A DNA stretch of 64,000 nt from Eledone cirrhosa (Eukaryota): positions 2,418,001-2,482,000 of the forward strand of contig OZ024751.1 in NCBI GenBank assembly GCA_964016885.1, read 5' to 3'. This document shows, in pieces, positions 27,801-42,700 of this stretch. Position numbers and translations under genes: made by a program. Position 1 is the first letter of the stretch, and each line of letters starts with the position of its first letter. The notes beneath the pieces are model-generated. The model was given only the letters and a program-made list of their open reading frames with translations, had not been told where the DNA came from and did no database searches.

Positions 27801-28739
27801 TTGAACTGTCATATTGAACCTTCCCTGTTGAACTGTCATGTTGAACCTTCTCTGTTTAACTGTCATATTGAACTTTCTCTGTTGAACTGTCATGCTGAAC
27901 CTTACTTGTTTAACTGTCATGTTGAACCTTCTCTGTTGAACTGTCATATTGAAGTTTCTCTGTTGAACTGTCATGCTGAACCTTCCTTGTTGAACTGTCA
28001 TGTTGAACATTTTATGTTGAACTATCATGCTGAACCTTCCCTGTTGAACTGTCATGTTGTACCTTCTCTGTGTAACTGTCATATTGAACTTTCTCTGTTG
28101 AACTGTCATGCTGAACCTTCCCTGTTGAACTGTCATATTGAACCTTCTCTGTTGAACTGTCATGTTGGACCTTCTCTGTTTAAGTGTCATATTGAACCTT
28201 CTCTGTTTAACTGTCATATTGAACCTTCTCTGTTGAACTGTCATATTGAACCTTCCCTGTTGAACTGTCATGTTGAAGCTTCACTGTTTAACTGTCATAT
28301 TGAACATTCTCTTTTTAACTGTCATGCTGAAACTTCCTTGTTGAACTGTCATGTTGAACCTTCTCTGTTGAACAGTCATAATGAACCTTATCTGTTGAAC
28401 TGTCATGTTGGACCTTCTCTTTTGAACTGTCATATTGAACATTCTCTGTAGAACTGTCATGTTGAACCTTCTCTTTTGAACTGTCATATTGAACCTTCTC
28501 TGTTGAACTGTCATATTGAACCTTCTCTGTTGAACTGTCATATTGAACCTTCCTTGGTGAACTGTCATGTTGGACCTTCCCTGTTTAACTGTCATATTGA
28601 ACTTTCTCTGTTGAACTGTCATGTTGGACCTTCTCTGTTTAACTGTCATATTGAACTTTCTCTGTTGAACTGTCATGCTGAACCTTCCTTGTTGAACTGT
28701 CATGTTGAACCTTCTCTGTTGAACTGTCATATTGAACCT

Positions 28740-30360
28740 TCTCTGTTGAACTGTCATGTTGAACCTTCTCTGTAGAACTGTCATATTGAACCTTCTTTGT
28801 TTAACTGTCATATTGAACTTTCTCTGTTGAACTGTCATATTGAACATTCTCTGTTGAACTGTCATGCTGAACCTTCCCTGTTGAACTGTCATATTGAACC
28901 TTCTCTGTTGAACTGTCATGCTGAACCTTCCCTGTTGAACTGTCATTCTGAACCTTCCCTTTTGAACTGTCATATTGAACCTTCTCTGTGAACTGTCATG
29001 CTGAACCTTCCCTGTTGAACTGTCATATTGAACCTTCTCTGTTGAACTGTCATGCTGAACCTTCCCTGTTGAACTGTCGTATTGAACCTTCCCTGTTGAA
29101 CTGTCATGCTGAATCTTCCCTGTTGAACTGTCATGCTGAACCTTCCCTGTTTAACTGTGATATTGAACTTTCTCTGTTGAACTGTCATGTTGGACCTTAT
29201 CTGTTTAACTGTCATATTGAACCTTCTCTGTTTAACTGTCATATTGAACCTTCTCTGTTGAACTGTCATATTGAACCTTCTCTGTTGAACTGTCATGCTG
29301 AACCTTCCCTGTTTAACTGTCATATTGAACTTTCTCTGTTGAACTGTCATGCTGAACCATCCCTGTTGAACTGTCATATTGATCTTTCTCTGTTGAACTG
29401 TCATGCTGAACATTCCCTGTTGAACTGTCATATTGAACCTTCTCTGTTTACCTGTCATATTGAACCTTCTCTGTTGAACTGTCATATTGAACCTTCCCTG
29501 TTGAATTGTCATGTTGAACCTTCTCTGTTTAACTGTCATATTGAACTTTCTCTGTTGAACTGTCATGTTGAACCTTCTCTGTAGAACTGTCATATTGAAC
29601 CTTCTTTGTTTAACTGTCATATTGAACTTTCTCTGTTGAACTGTCATATTGAACATTTTCTGTTGAACTGTCATGCTGAACCTTCCCTGTTGAACTGTCA
29701 TATTGAACCTTCTCTGTTGAACTGTCATGCTGAACCTTCCCTGTTGAACTGTCATTCTGAACCTTCCCTTTTGAACTGTCATATTGAACCTTCTCTGTGA
29801 ACTGTCATGCTGAACCTTCCCTGTTGAACTGTCATATTGAACCTTCTCTGTTGAACTGTCATGCTGAACCTTCCCTGTTGAACTGTCGTATTGAACCTTC
29901 CCTGTTGAACTGTCATGCTGAATCTTCCCTGTTGAACTGTCATGCTGAACCTTCCCTGTTTAACTGTGATATTGAACTTTCTCTGTTGAACTGTCATGTT
30001 GGACCTTATCTGTTTAACTCTCATATTGAACCTTCTCTGTTTAACTGTCATATTGAACCTTCTCTGTTGAACTGTCATATTGAACCTTCTCTGTTGAACT
30101 GTCATGCTGAACCTTCCCTGTTTAACTGTCATATTGAACTTTCTCTGTTGAACTGTCATGCTGAACCATCCCTGTTGAACTGTCATATTGATCTTTCTCT
30201 GTTGAACTGTCATGCTGAACATTCCCTGTTGAACTGTCATATTGAACCTTCTCTGTTTACCTGTCATATTGAACCTTCTCTGTTGAACTGTCATATTGAA
30301 CCTTCCCTGTTGAATTGTCATGTTGAACCTTCTCTATTTAACTGTCATATTGAACTTTCT
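28740..30360 (+). repeat. Tandem duplication, 2 x 809 bp (30 monomers -1)
   Basis: ORF pairs 28797/29606 and 28988/29797. GTAGAAC at 28772 and 29581. Confidence 0.9.
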
Positions 30361-30753
30361 CTTTTAAACAGTCATGCTGAACCTTCCTTGTTGAACTGTC
30401 ATGTTGAAACTTCTCTGTTGAACTGTCATACTGAACCTTCTCTGTTGAACTGTCAAGCTTAAACTTCCCTGTTGAACTGTCATGTTGAACCTTCTCTGTT
30501 GAACTGTCATGCTGAACCTTCCCTGTTGAACTGTCATATTGAACTTTCTCTGTTGAACTGTCATGTTGGACCTCCTCTGTTGAACTGTCATGCTGAACCT
30601 TCTCTGTTTAACTATCATATTGAACTTTCTCTGTTGAACTATGATACTGAACCTTCCCTGTTGAACTGTCATATTGAACCTTCCCTGTTGAACTGTCATG
30701 TTGAACCTTCTCTGTTTAACTCTCATATTGAACTTTCTCTGTTGAACTGTCAC

Positions 30754-33459
30754 GCTGAATCTTCCCTGTTGAACTGTCATGTTGAACCTTCTCTGTTTAA
30801 CTGACATGCTGAACCTTCTCTGTTGAACTGTCATATTGAACTTTCTCTCTTGAACTGTCATGCTGAATCTTCTCTGTTGAACTGTCATGTTGAACCTTCT
30901 CTGTTTAACTGTCATGCTGAACCTTCTCTGTTGAACTGTCATATTGAACTTTCTCTGTTGAACTGTCATGCTGAATCTTGCCTGTTGAACTGTCAGGCTG
31001 AACCTTCCCTGTTTAACTGTCATATTGAACTTTCTATGTTGAATTGTCATGCTGAACCTTCCCTGTTGAACTGTCATATTGAACCTTCCCTGTTGAACTG
31101 TCATGTTGGACCTTCTCTGTTTAACTGTCATATTGAACCTTCTCTGTTTAACTGTCATATTGAACCTTCTCTGTTGAACTGTCATGTTGAACCTTCCCTG
31201 TTGAACTGTCATGTTGAACCTTCTCTGTTTAACTGTCATATTGAACTTTCTCTGTTGAACTGTCATGCTAAACCTTCCTTGTTGAACTGTCATGTTGGAC
31301 CTTCTCTGTTTAACTATCATATTGAACCTTCTCTGTTTAACTATCATATTGAACCTTCTCTGTTTAACTGTCATACTGAACCTTCTCTGTTGAACTGTCC
31401 TGCTGAAGCTTCCCTATTGAACTGTCATATTGAACCTTCTCTGTTTAACTGTCATATTGAACCTTCTCTGTTGAACTGTCATATTGAACCTTCCCTGTTG
31501 AACTGTCATGTTCAAACTTCACTGTTTAACTGTCATATTGAACATTCTCTTTTTAACTGTCATGCTGAAACTTCCTTGTTGAACTGTCATGTTGAACCTT
31601 CTCTGTTGAACAGTCATAATGAACCTTATCTGTTGAACTGTCATGTTGGACCTTCTCTTTTGAACTGTCATATTGAACATTCTCTGTAGAACTGTCATGT
31701 TGAACCTTCTCTTTTGAACTGTCATATTGAACCTTCTCTGTTGAACTGTCATATTGAACCTTCTCTGTTGAACTGTCATATTGAACCTTCCTTGTTGAAC
31801 TGTCATGTTGGACCTTCCCTGTTTAACTGTCATATTGAACTTTCTCTGTTGAACAGTCATGTTGGACCTTCTCTGTTTAACTGTCATATTGAACTTTCTC
31901 TGTTGAACTGTCATGCTGAACCTTCCTTGTTGAACTGTCATGTTGAACCTTCTCTGTTGAACTGTCATATTGAACCTTCTCTGTTGAACTGTCATGTTGA
32001 ACCTTCTCTGTAGAACTGTCATATTGAACCTTCTTTGTTTAACTGTCATATTGAACTTTCTCTGTTGAACTGTCATATTGAACATTCTCTGTTGAACTGT
32101 CATGCTGAATCTTCCCTGTTGAACTGTCATGTTGAACCTTCTCTGTTTAACTGACATGCTGAACCTTCTCTGTTGAACTGTCATATTGAACTTTCTCTCT
32201 TGAACTGTCATGCTGAATCTTCTCTGTTGAACTGTCATGTTGAACCTTCTCTGTTTAACTGTCATGCTGAACCTTCTCTGTTGAACTGTCATATTGAACT
32301 TTCTCTGTTGAACTGTCATGCTGAATCTTGCCTGTTGAACTGTCAGGCTGAACCTTCCCTGTTTAACTGTCATATTGAACTTTCTATGTTGAATTGTCAT
32401 GCTGAACCTTCCCTGTTGAACTGTCATATTGAACCTTCCCTGTTGAACTGTCATGTTGGACCTTCTCTGTTTAACTGTCATATTGAACCTTCTCTGTTTA
32501 ACTGTCATATTGAACCTTCTCTGTTGAACTGTCATGTTGAACCTTCCCTGTTGAACTGTCATGTTGAACCTTCTCTGTTTAACTGTCATATTGAACTTTC
32601 TCTGTTGAACTGTCATGCTAAACCTTCCTTGTTGAACTGTCATGTTGGACCTTCTCTGTTTAACTATCATATTGAACCTTCTCTGTTTAACTATCATATT
32701 GAACCTTCTCTGTTTAACTGTCATACTGAACCTTCTCTGTTGAACTGTCCTGCTGAAGCTTCCCTATTGAACTGTCATATTGAACCTTCTCTGTTTAACT
32801 GTCATATTGAACCTTCTCTGTTGAACTGTCATATTGAACCTTCCCTGTTGAACTGTCATGTTCAAACTTCACTGTTTAACTGTCATATTGAACATTCTCT
32901 TTTTAACTGTCATGCTGAAACTTCCTTGTTGAACTGTCATGTTGAACCTTCTCTGTTGAACAGTCATAATGAACCTTATCTGTTGAACTGTCATGTTGGA
33001 CCTTCTCTTTTGAACTGTCATATTGAACATTCTCTGTAGAACTGTCATGTTGAACCTTCTCTTTTGAACTGTCATATTGAACCTTCTCTGTTGAACTGTC
33101 ATATTGAACCTTCTCTGTTGAACTGTCATATTGAACCTTCCTTGTTGAACTGTCATGTTGGACCTTCCCTGTTTAACTGTCATATTGAACTTTCTCTGTT
33201 GAACAGTCATGTTGGACCTTCTCTGTTTAACTGTCATATTGAACTTTCTCTGTTGAACTGTCATGCTGAACCTTCCTTGTTGAACTGTCATGTTGAACCT
33301 TCTCTGTTGAACTGTCATATTGAACCTTCTCTGTTGAACTGTCATGTTGAACCTTCTCTGTAGAACTGTCATATTGAACCTTCTTTGTTTAACTGTCATA
33401 TTGAACTTTCTCTGTTGAACTGTCATATTGAACATTCTCTGTTGAACTGTCATGCTGAA
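30754..33459 (+). repeat. Tandem duplication, 2 x 1,350 bp (exactly 50 monomers)
   Basis: Identical ORF pairs 30823/32173 and 31714/33064. Shared rare variants TCAGGCTG, GTTCAAACTTCAC and TGTCCTGCTG. Confidence 0.93.
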
Positions 33460-36400
33460 CCTTCCCTGTTGAACTGTCATATTGAACCTTCTCTGTTGAA
33501 CTGTCATGCTGAACCTTCCCTGTTGAACTGTCATTCTGAACCTTCCCTTTTGAACTGTCATATTGAACCTTCTCTGTGAACTGTCATGCTGAACCTTCCC
33601 TGTTGAACTGTCATATTGAACCTTCTCTGTTGAACTGTCATGCTGAACCTTCCCTGTTGAACTGTCGTATTGAACCTTCCCTGTTGAACTGTCATGCTGA
33701 ATCTTCCCTGTTGAACTGTCATGCTGAACCTTCCCTGTTTAACTGTGATATTGAACTTTCTCTGTTGAACTGTCATGTTGGACCTTATCTGTTTAACTGT
33801 CATATTGAACCTTCTCTGTTTAACTGTCATATTGAACCTTCTCTGTTGAACTGTCATATTGAACCTTCTCTGTTGAACTGTCATGCTGAACCTTCCCTGT
33901 TTAACTGTCATATTGAACTTTCTCTGTTGAACTGTCATGCTGAACCATCCCTGTTGAACTGTCATATTGATCTTTCTCTGTTGAACTGTCATGCTGAACA
34001 TTCCCTGTTGAACTGTCATATTGAACCTTCTCTGTTTACCTGTCATATTGAACCTTCTCTGTTGAACTGTCATATTGAACCTTCCCTGTTGAATTGTCAT
34101 GTTGAACCTTCTCTGTTTAACTGTCATATTGAACTTTCTCTGTTGAACTGTCATGTTGAACCTTCTCTGTAGAACTGTCATATTGAACCTTCTTTTTTTA
34201 ACTGTCATATTGAACTTTCTCTGTTGAACTGTCATATTGAACATTCTCTGTTGAACTGTCATGCTGAACCTTCCCTGTTGAACTGTCATATTGAACCTTC
34301 TCTGTTGAACTGTCATGCTGAACCTTCCCTGTTGAACTGTCATTCTGAACCTTCCCTTTTGAACTGTCATATTGAACCTTCTCTGTGAACTGTCATGCTG
34401 AACCTTCCCTGTTGAACTGTCATATTGAACCTTCTCTGTTGAACTGTCATGCTGAACCTTCCCTGTTGAACTGTCAAGCTTAAACTTCCCTGTTGAACTG
34501 TCATGTTGAACCTTCTCTGTTGAACTGTCATGCTGAACCTTCCCTGTTGAACTGTCATATTGAACTTTCTCTGTTGAACTGTCATGTTGGACCTTCTCTG
34601 TTAAACTGTCATGCTGAACCTTCTCTGTTTAACTATCATATTGAACTTTCTCTGTTGAACTATGATACTGAACCTTCCCTGTTGAACTGTCATATTGAAC
34701 CTTCCCTGTTGAACTGTCATGTTGAACCTTCTCTGTTTAACTCTCATATTGAACTTTCTCTGTTGAACTGTCACGCTGAATCTTCCCTGTTGAACTGTCA
34801 TGTTGAACCTTCTCTGTTTAACTGACATGCTGAACCTTCTCTGTTGAACTGTCATATTGAACTTTCTCTCTTGAACTGTCATGCTGAATCTTCTCTGTTG
34901 AACTGTCATGTTGAACCTTCTCTGTTTAACTGTCATGCTGAACCTTCTCTGTTGAACTGTCATATTGAACTTTCTCTGTTGAACTGTCATGCTGAATCTT
35001 GCCTGTTGAACTGTCATGCTGAACCTTCCCTGTTTAACTGTCATATTGAACTTTCTATGTTGAATTGTCATGCTGAACCTTCCCTGTTGAACTGTCATAT
35101 TGAACCTTCCCTGTTGAACTGTCATGTTGGACCTTCTCTGTTTAACTGTCATATTGAACCTTCTCTGTTTAACTGTCATATTGAACTTTCTCTGTTGAAC
35201 TGTCATGCTAAACCTTCCTTGTTGAACTGTCATGTTGGACCTTCTCTGTTTAACTATCATATTGAACCTTCTCTGTTTAACTATCATATTGAACCTTCTC
35301 TGTTTAACTGTCATACTGAACCTTCTCTGTTGAACTGTCCTGCTGAAGCTTCCCTATTGAACTGTCATATTGAACCTTCTCTGTTTAACTGTCATATTGA
35401 ACCTTCTCTGTTGAACTGTCATATTGAACCTTCCCTGTTGAACTGTCATGTTCAAACTTCACTGTTTAACTGTCATATTGAACATTCTCTTTTTAACTGT
35501 CATGCTGAAACTTCCTTGTTGAACTGTCATGTTGAACCTTCTCTGTTGAACAGTCATAATGAACCTTATCTGTTGAACTGTCATGTTGGACCTTCTCTTT
35601 TGAACTGTCATATTGAACATTCTCTGTAGAACTGTCATGTTGAACCTTCTCTTTTGAACTGTCATATTGAACCTTCTCTGTTGAACTGTCATATTGAACC
35701 TTCTCTGTTGAACTGTCATATTGAACATTCCTTGTTGAACTGTCATGTTGGACCTTCCCTGTTTAACTGTCATATTGAACTTTCTCTGTTGAACTGTCAT
35801 GTTGGACCTTCTCTGTTTAACTGTCATATTGAACTTTCTCTGTTGAACTGTCATGCTGAACCTTCCTTGTTGAACTGTCATGTTGAACCTTCTCTGTTGA
35901 ACTGTCATATTGAACCTTCTCTGTTGAACTGTCATGTTGAACCTTCTCTGTAGAACTGTCATATTGAACCTTCTTTGTTTAACTGTCATATTGAACTTTC
36001 TCTGTTGAACTGTCATATTGAACATTCTCTGTTGAACTGTCATGCTGAACCTTCCCTGTTGAACTGTCATATTGAACCTTCTCTGTTGAACTGTCATGCT
36101 GAACCTTCCCTGTTGAACTGTCATTCTGAACCTTCCCTTTTGAACTGTCATATTGAACCTTCTCTGTGAACTGTCATGCTGAACCTTCCCTGTTGAACTG
36201 TCATATTGAACCTTCTCTGTTGAACTGTCATGCTGAACCTTCCCTGTTGAACTGTCGTATTGAACCTTCCCTGTTGAACTGTCATGCTGAATCTTCTCTG
36301 TTGAACTGTCATGCTGAACCTTCCCTGTTTAACTGTGATATTGAACTTTCTCTGTTGAACTGTCATGTTGGACCTTATCTGTTTAACTGTCATATTGAAC

Positions 36401-37065
36401 CTTCTCTGTTTAACTGTCATATTGAACCTTCTCTGTTGAACTGCCATATTGAACCTTCTCTGTTGAACTGTCATGCTGAACCTTCCCTGTTTAACTGTCA
36501 TATTGAACTTTCTCTGTTGAACTGTCATGCTGAACCATCCCTGTTGAACTGTCATATTGATCTTTCTCTGTTGAACTGTCATGCTGAACATTCCCTGTTG
36601 AACTGTCATATTGAACCTTCTCTGTTTACCTGTCATATTGAACCTTCTCTGTTGAACTGTCATATTGAACCTTCCCTGTTGAATTGTCATGTTGAACCTT
36701 CTCTGTTTAACTGTCATATTGAACTTTCTCTGTTGAACTGTCATGTTGAACCTTCTCTGTAGAACTGTCATATTGAACCTTCTTTGTTTAACTGTCATAT
36801 TGAACTTTCTCTGTTGAACTGTCATATTGAACATTCTCTGTTGAACTGTCATGCTGAACCTTCCCTGTTGAACTGTCATATTGAACCTTCTCTGTTGAAC
36901 TGTCATGCTGAACCTTCCCTGTTGAACTGTCATTCTGAACCTTCCCTTTTGAACTGTCATATTGAACCTTCTCTGTGAACTGTCATGCTGAACCTTCCCT
37001 GTTGAACTGTCATATTGAACCTTCTCTGTTGAACTGTCATGCTGAACCTTCCCTGTTGAACTGTC
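32100..37065 (+). repeat. Imperfect tandem duplication, offset 2,590 bp (2,671 bp before a 3-monomer deletion)
   Basis: ORF pairs 33064/35654, 33385/35975 and 33576/36166 have offset 2590. Pair 32173/34844 has offset 2671 and lengths 288 vs 261 aa, i.e. 3 monomers fewer. Confidence 0.85.
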
Positions 37066-37540
37066 GTATTGAACCTTCCCTGTTGAACTGTCATGCTGAA
37101 TCTTCCCTGTTGAACTGTCATGCTGAACCTTCCCTGTTTAACTGTGATATTGAACTTTCTCTGTTGAACTGTCATGTTGGACCTTATCTGTTTAACTGTC
37201 ATATTGAACCTTCTCTGTTTAACTGTCATATTGAACCTTCTCTGTTGAACTGTCATATTGAACCTTCTCTGTTGAACTGTCATGCTGAACCTTCCCTGTT
37301 TAACTGTCATATTGAACTTTCTCTGTTGAACTGTCATGCTGAACCATCCCTGTTGAACTGTCATATTGATCTTTCTCTGTTGAACTGTCATGCTGAACAT
37401 TCCCTGTTGAACTGTCATATTGAACCTTCTCTGTTTACCTGTCATATTGAACCTTCTCTGTTGAACTGTCATATTGAACCTTCCCTGTTGAATTGTCATG
37501 TTGAACCTTCTCTGTTTAACTGTCATATTGAACTTTCTCT
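35920..37540 (+). repeat. Second 2 x 809-bp tandem pair
   Basis: ORF pairs 35975/36784 and 36166/36975, with the same variants as 28740-30360. Confidence 0.88.
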
Positions 37541-39724
37541 TTTAAACAGTCATGCTGAACCTTCCTTGTTGAACTGTCATGTTGAACCTTCTCTGTTGAA
37601 CTGTCATACTGAACCTTCTCTGTTGAACTGTCAAGCTTAAACTTCCCTGTTGAACTGTCATGTTGAACTTTCTCTGTTGAACTGTCATGCTGAACCTTCC
37701 CTGTTGAACTGTCATATTGAACTTTCTCTGTTGAACTGTCATGTTGGACCTTCTCTGTTGAACTGTCATGCTGAACCTTCTCTGTTTAACTATCATATTG
37801 AACTTTCTCTGTTGAACTATGATACTGAACCTTCCCTGTTGAACTGTCATATTGAACCTTCCCTGTTGAACTGTCATGTTGAACCTTCTCTGTTTAACTC
37901 TCATATTGAACTTTCTCTGTTGAACTGTCACGCTGAATCTTCCCTGTTGAACTGTCATGTTGAACCTTCTCTGTTTAACTGACATGCTGAACCTTCTCTG
38001 TTGAACTGTCATATTGAACTTTCTCTGTTGAACTGTCATGCTGAATCTTCTCTGTTGAACTGTCATGTTGAACCTTCTCTGTTTAACTGTCATGCTGAAC
38101 TTTCTCTGTTGAACTGTCATGCTGAATCTTGCCTGTTGAACTGTCATGCTGAACCTTCCCTGTTTAACTGTCATATTGAACTTTCTATGTTGAATTGTCA
38201 TGCTGAACCTTCCCTGTTGAACTGTCATATTGAACCTTCCCTGTTGAACTGTCATGTTGGACCTTCTCTGTTTAACTGTCATATTGAACCTTCTCTGTTT
38301 AACTGTCATATTGAACCTTCTCTGTTGAACTGTCATGTTGAACCTTCCCTGTTGAACTGTCATGTTGAACCTTCTCTGTTTAACTGTCATATTGAACTTT
38401 CTCTGTTGAACTGTCATGCTAAACCTTCCTTGTTGAACTGTCATGTTGGACCTTCTCTGTTTAACTATCATATTGAACCTTCTCTGTTTAACTATCATAT
38501 TGAACCTTCTCTGTTTAACTGTCATGTTGAACCTTCTCTGTTGGACTTTCATATTGAACCTTCCCTGTTGAACTGTCATGTTGAACCTTCCGTGTTTATC
38601 TGTCATATTGAACTTTCTCTGTTGAATTGTCATGCTGAACGTTCCTTGTTGAACTGTCATGTTGAACCTTCTCTGTTGAACTGTCATATTGAACCTTCTC
38701 TGTTGAACTGTCATATTGAACCTTCTCTGTTTAACTGTCATGTTGAACTTTCTCTGTTGAACTGTCATGCTGAACATTCCCTGTTGTACAGTCATATTGA
38801 ACCTTCTCTGTTGAACTGTCATGCTGAACCTTCCTGTTGAACTGTCATATTGAACCACCCCTATTTAACTGTCATATTGAACCTTCTCTGTTGAACTGTC
38901 ATGCTGAACCTTCCCTGTTGAACTATCATATTGAACCTTCTCTGTTGAACTGTCATGTTGGACCTTCTCTGTTTAACTGTCATATTGAACCTTCTCTGTT
39001 GAACTGTCATGCTGAACCTTCCTTGTTGAACTGTCACGTTGGACCTTCTCTGTTTAACTATCATATTGAACCTACTCTGTTTAACTATCATATTGAACTC
39101 TCTCTGTTGAACTGTCATGCTGAACCTTCCCTGTTGAACTGTCATATTGAACTTTCTCTGTTGAAATGTCATGCTGAATCTTCCCTGTTGAACTGTCATG
39201 CTGAACCTTCCCTGTTTAACTGTCATATTGAACTTTCTCTGTTGAACTGTCATGTTGGACCTTCTCTGTTTAACTGTCATATTGAACCTTCTCTGTTTAA
39301 CTGTCATGCTGAACCTTCCCTGTTTAACTGTCATATTGAACTTTCTCTGTTGAACTGTCATGCTGAACCATCCCTGTTGAACTGTCATATTAAACATTCT
39401 CTGTTGAACTGTCATGTTGGACCTTCTCTGTTTAACTATCATATTGAACCTTCTCTGTTTAACTATCATATTGAACTTTCTCTGTTGAACTGACATGCTG
39501 AACCTTCCCTGTTGAACTGTCATGTTGAACCTTCTCTGTTGAACTTTCATATTGAACTTTCTCTGTTGAACTGTCGTATTGAACCTTCCCTGTTGAATTG
39601 TCATGTTCGACATTCCCTGTTTAACTCTCATATTGAACCTTCCCTGTTGAACTGTCATATTGAACTTTTCCTGTTGAACTGTCATGCTGAAACTTCCCTG
39701 TTGAACTGTCATGTTGAACTTTCT

Positions 39725-42700
39725 CTGTTTAACTGTCATGCTGAACCTTCTCTGTTGAAATGTCATACCGAACTTTCTCTGTTGAACTGTCATGCTGAAT
39801 CTTCCCTGTTGAAATGTCATGCTGAACCTTCCCTGTTTAACTGTCACATTGAACTTTCACTGTTGAAATGTCATGCTGAACATTCCCTGTTTAACTGTCA
39901 TATTGAACCTTCTCTGTTTACCTGTCATATTGAACCTTCTCTGTTGAACTGTCATATTAAACCTTCCCTGTTGAACTGTCATGTTGAACCTTCTCTGTTT
40001 AACTGTCATATTGAACTTTCTCTGTTGAACTGTCATGCTGAACCTTACTTGTTTAACTGTCATGTTGAACCTTCTCTGTTGAACAGTCATATTGAAGTTT
40101 CTCTGTTGAACTGTCACACTGAACCTTCTCTGTTGAACTGTCATATTGAACCTTCCTTGTTTAACTGTCATATTGAACCTTCTCTGTTGAACTGTCATGC
40201 TGAACCTTCCCTGTTGAACTATCATATTGAACCTTCTCTGTTGAACTGTCATGTTGGACCTTCTCTGTTTAACTGTCATATTGAACCTTCTCTGTTGAAC
40301 TGTCATATTGAACCTTCCCTCCTGAACTGTCATGTTGAACCTTCTCTGTTTAACTGTCATATTGAACTTTCTCTGTTGAACTGTGATGCTGAACCTTACT
40401 TGTTTAACTGTCATGTTGAACCTTCTCTGTTGAACTGTCATATTGAAGCTTCTCTGTTGAACGGTCATACTGAACCTTCTCTGTTGAACTGTCATATTGA
40501 ACCTTCCCTGTTGAACTGTCATGTTGGACCTTCCCTGTTTAACTGTCATGTTGAACTTTCTCTGTTGAACTGTCATGCTGAACCTTCTCTGTTGAACTGT
40601 CATGCTGAACCTTCCCTGTTTAACTGTCATGCTGAACCTTCCTTGTTGAACTGTCATGTTGAACATTTTATGTTGAACTGTCATGCTGAACCTTCCCTGT
40701 TGAACTGTCATATTGAACCTTCTCTGTTGAACTGTCATGTTGGACCTTCTCTGTTTAACTGTCATATTGAACCTTCTCAGTTTAACTGTCATATTGAACC
40801 TTCTTTGTTGAACTGTCATATTGAACCTTCCCTGTTGAACTGTCATGTTGAAACTTCACTGTTTAACTGTCATATTGAACATTCTCTTTTTAACTGTCAT
40901 GCTGAAACTTCCTTGTTGAACTGTCATGTTGAACCTTCTCTGTTGAACAGTCATAATGAACCTTATCTGTTGAACTGTCATGTTGGACCTTCTCTTTTGA
41001 ACTGTCATATTGAATATTCTCTGTAGAACTGTCATATTGAACCTTCTCTTTTGAACTGTCATATTGAACCTTCTCTGTTTAACTGTCATATTGAACCTTC
41101 TCTGTTGAACTGTCATATTGAACCTTCCTTGTTGAACTGTCATGTTGGACCTTCCCTGTTTAACTGTCATATTGAACCTTCCCTGTTGAACTGTCATATT
41201 GAACTTTCTCTGTTGAACTGTCATGTTGGACCTTCTCTGTTTAACTGTCATATTGAACTTTCTCTGTTGAACTGTCATGCTGAACCTTCCTTGTTGAACT
41301 GTCATGTTGAACCTTCTCTGTTGAACTGTCATATTGAACCTTCTCTGTTGAACTGTCATGTTGAACCTTCTCTGTAGAACTGTCATATTGAACCTTCTTT
41401 GTTTAACTGTCATATTGAACTTTCTCTGTTGAACTGTCATATTGAACATTCTCTGTTGAACTGTCATGCTGAACCTTCCCTGTTGAATTGTCATATTGAA
41501 CCTTCTCTGTTGAACTGTCATGCTGAACATTCCCTGTTGAACTGTCATTCTGAACCTTCCCTTTTGAACTGTCATATTGAACCTTCTCTGTGAACTGTCA
41601 TGCTGAACCTTCCCTGTTGAACTGTCATATTGAACTTTCTCTGTTGAACTGTCATGCTGAACCATCCCTGTTGAACTGTCATATTGAACATTCTCTGTTG
41701 AACTGTCATGTTGGACCTTCTCTGTTTAACTATCATATTGAACCTTCTCTGTTTAACTATCATATTGAACTTTCTCTGTTGAACTGACATGCTGAACCTT
41801 CCCTGTTGAACTGTCATGTTGAACCTTCTCTGTTGAACTTTCATATTGAACTTTCTCTGTTGAACTGTCGTATTGAACCTTCCCTGTTGAATTGTCATGT
41901 TGGACATTCCCTGTTTAACTGTCATGCTGAACCTTCTCTGTTGAAATGTCTTACCGAACTTTCTCTGTTGAACTGTCATGCTGAATCTTCCCTGTTGAAA
42001 TGTCATGCTGAACCTTCCCTGTTTAACTGTCATATTGAACTTTCACTGTTGAAATGTCATGCTGAACATTCCCTGTTTAACTGTCATATTGAACCTTCTC
42101 TGTTTACCTGTCATATTGAACCTTCTCTGTTGAACTGTCATATTAAACCTTCCCTGTTGAACTGTCATGTTGAACCTTCTCTGTTTAACTGTCATATTGA
42201 ACTTTCTCTGTTGAACTGTCATGCTGAACCTTACTTGTTTAACTGTCATGTTGAACCTTCTCTGTTGAACAGTCATATTGAAGTTTCTCTGTTGAACTGT
42301 CACACTGAACCTTCTCTGTTGAACTGTCATATTGAACCTTCCTTGTTTAACTGTCATATTGAACCTTCTCTGTTGAACTGTCATGCTGAACCTTCCCTGT
42401 TGAACTATCATATTGAACCTTCTCTGTTGAACTGTCATGTTGGACCTTCTCTGTTTAACTGTCATATTGAACCTTCTCTGTTGAACTGTCATATTGAACC
42501 TTCCCTCCTGAACTGTCATGTTGAACCTTCTCTGTTTAACTGTCATATTGAACTTTCTCTGTTGAACTGTGATGCTGAACCTTACTTGTTTAACTGTCAT
42601 GTTGAACCTTCTCTGTTGAACTGTCATATTGAAGCTTCTCTGTTGAACGGTCATACTGAACCTTCTCTGTTGAACTGTCATATTGAACCTTCCCTGTTGA

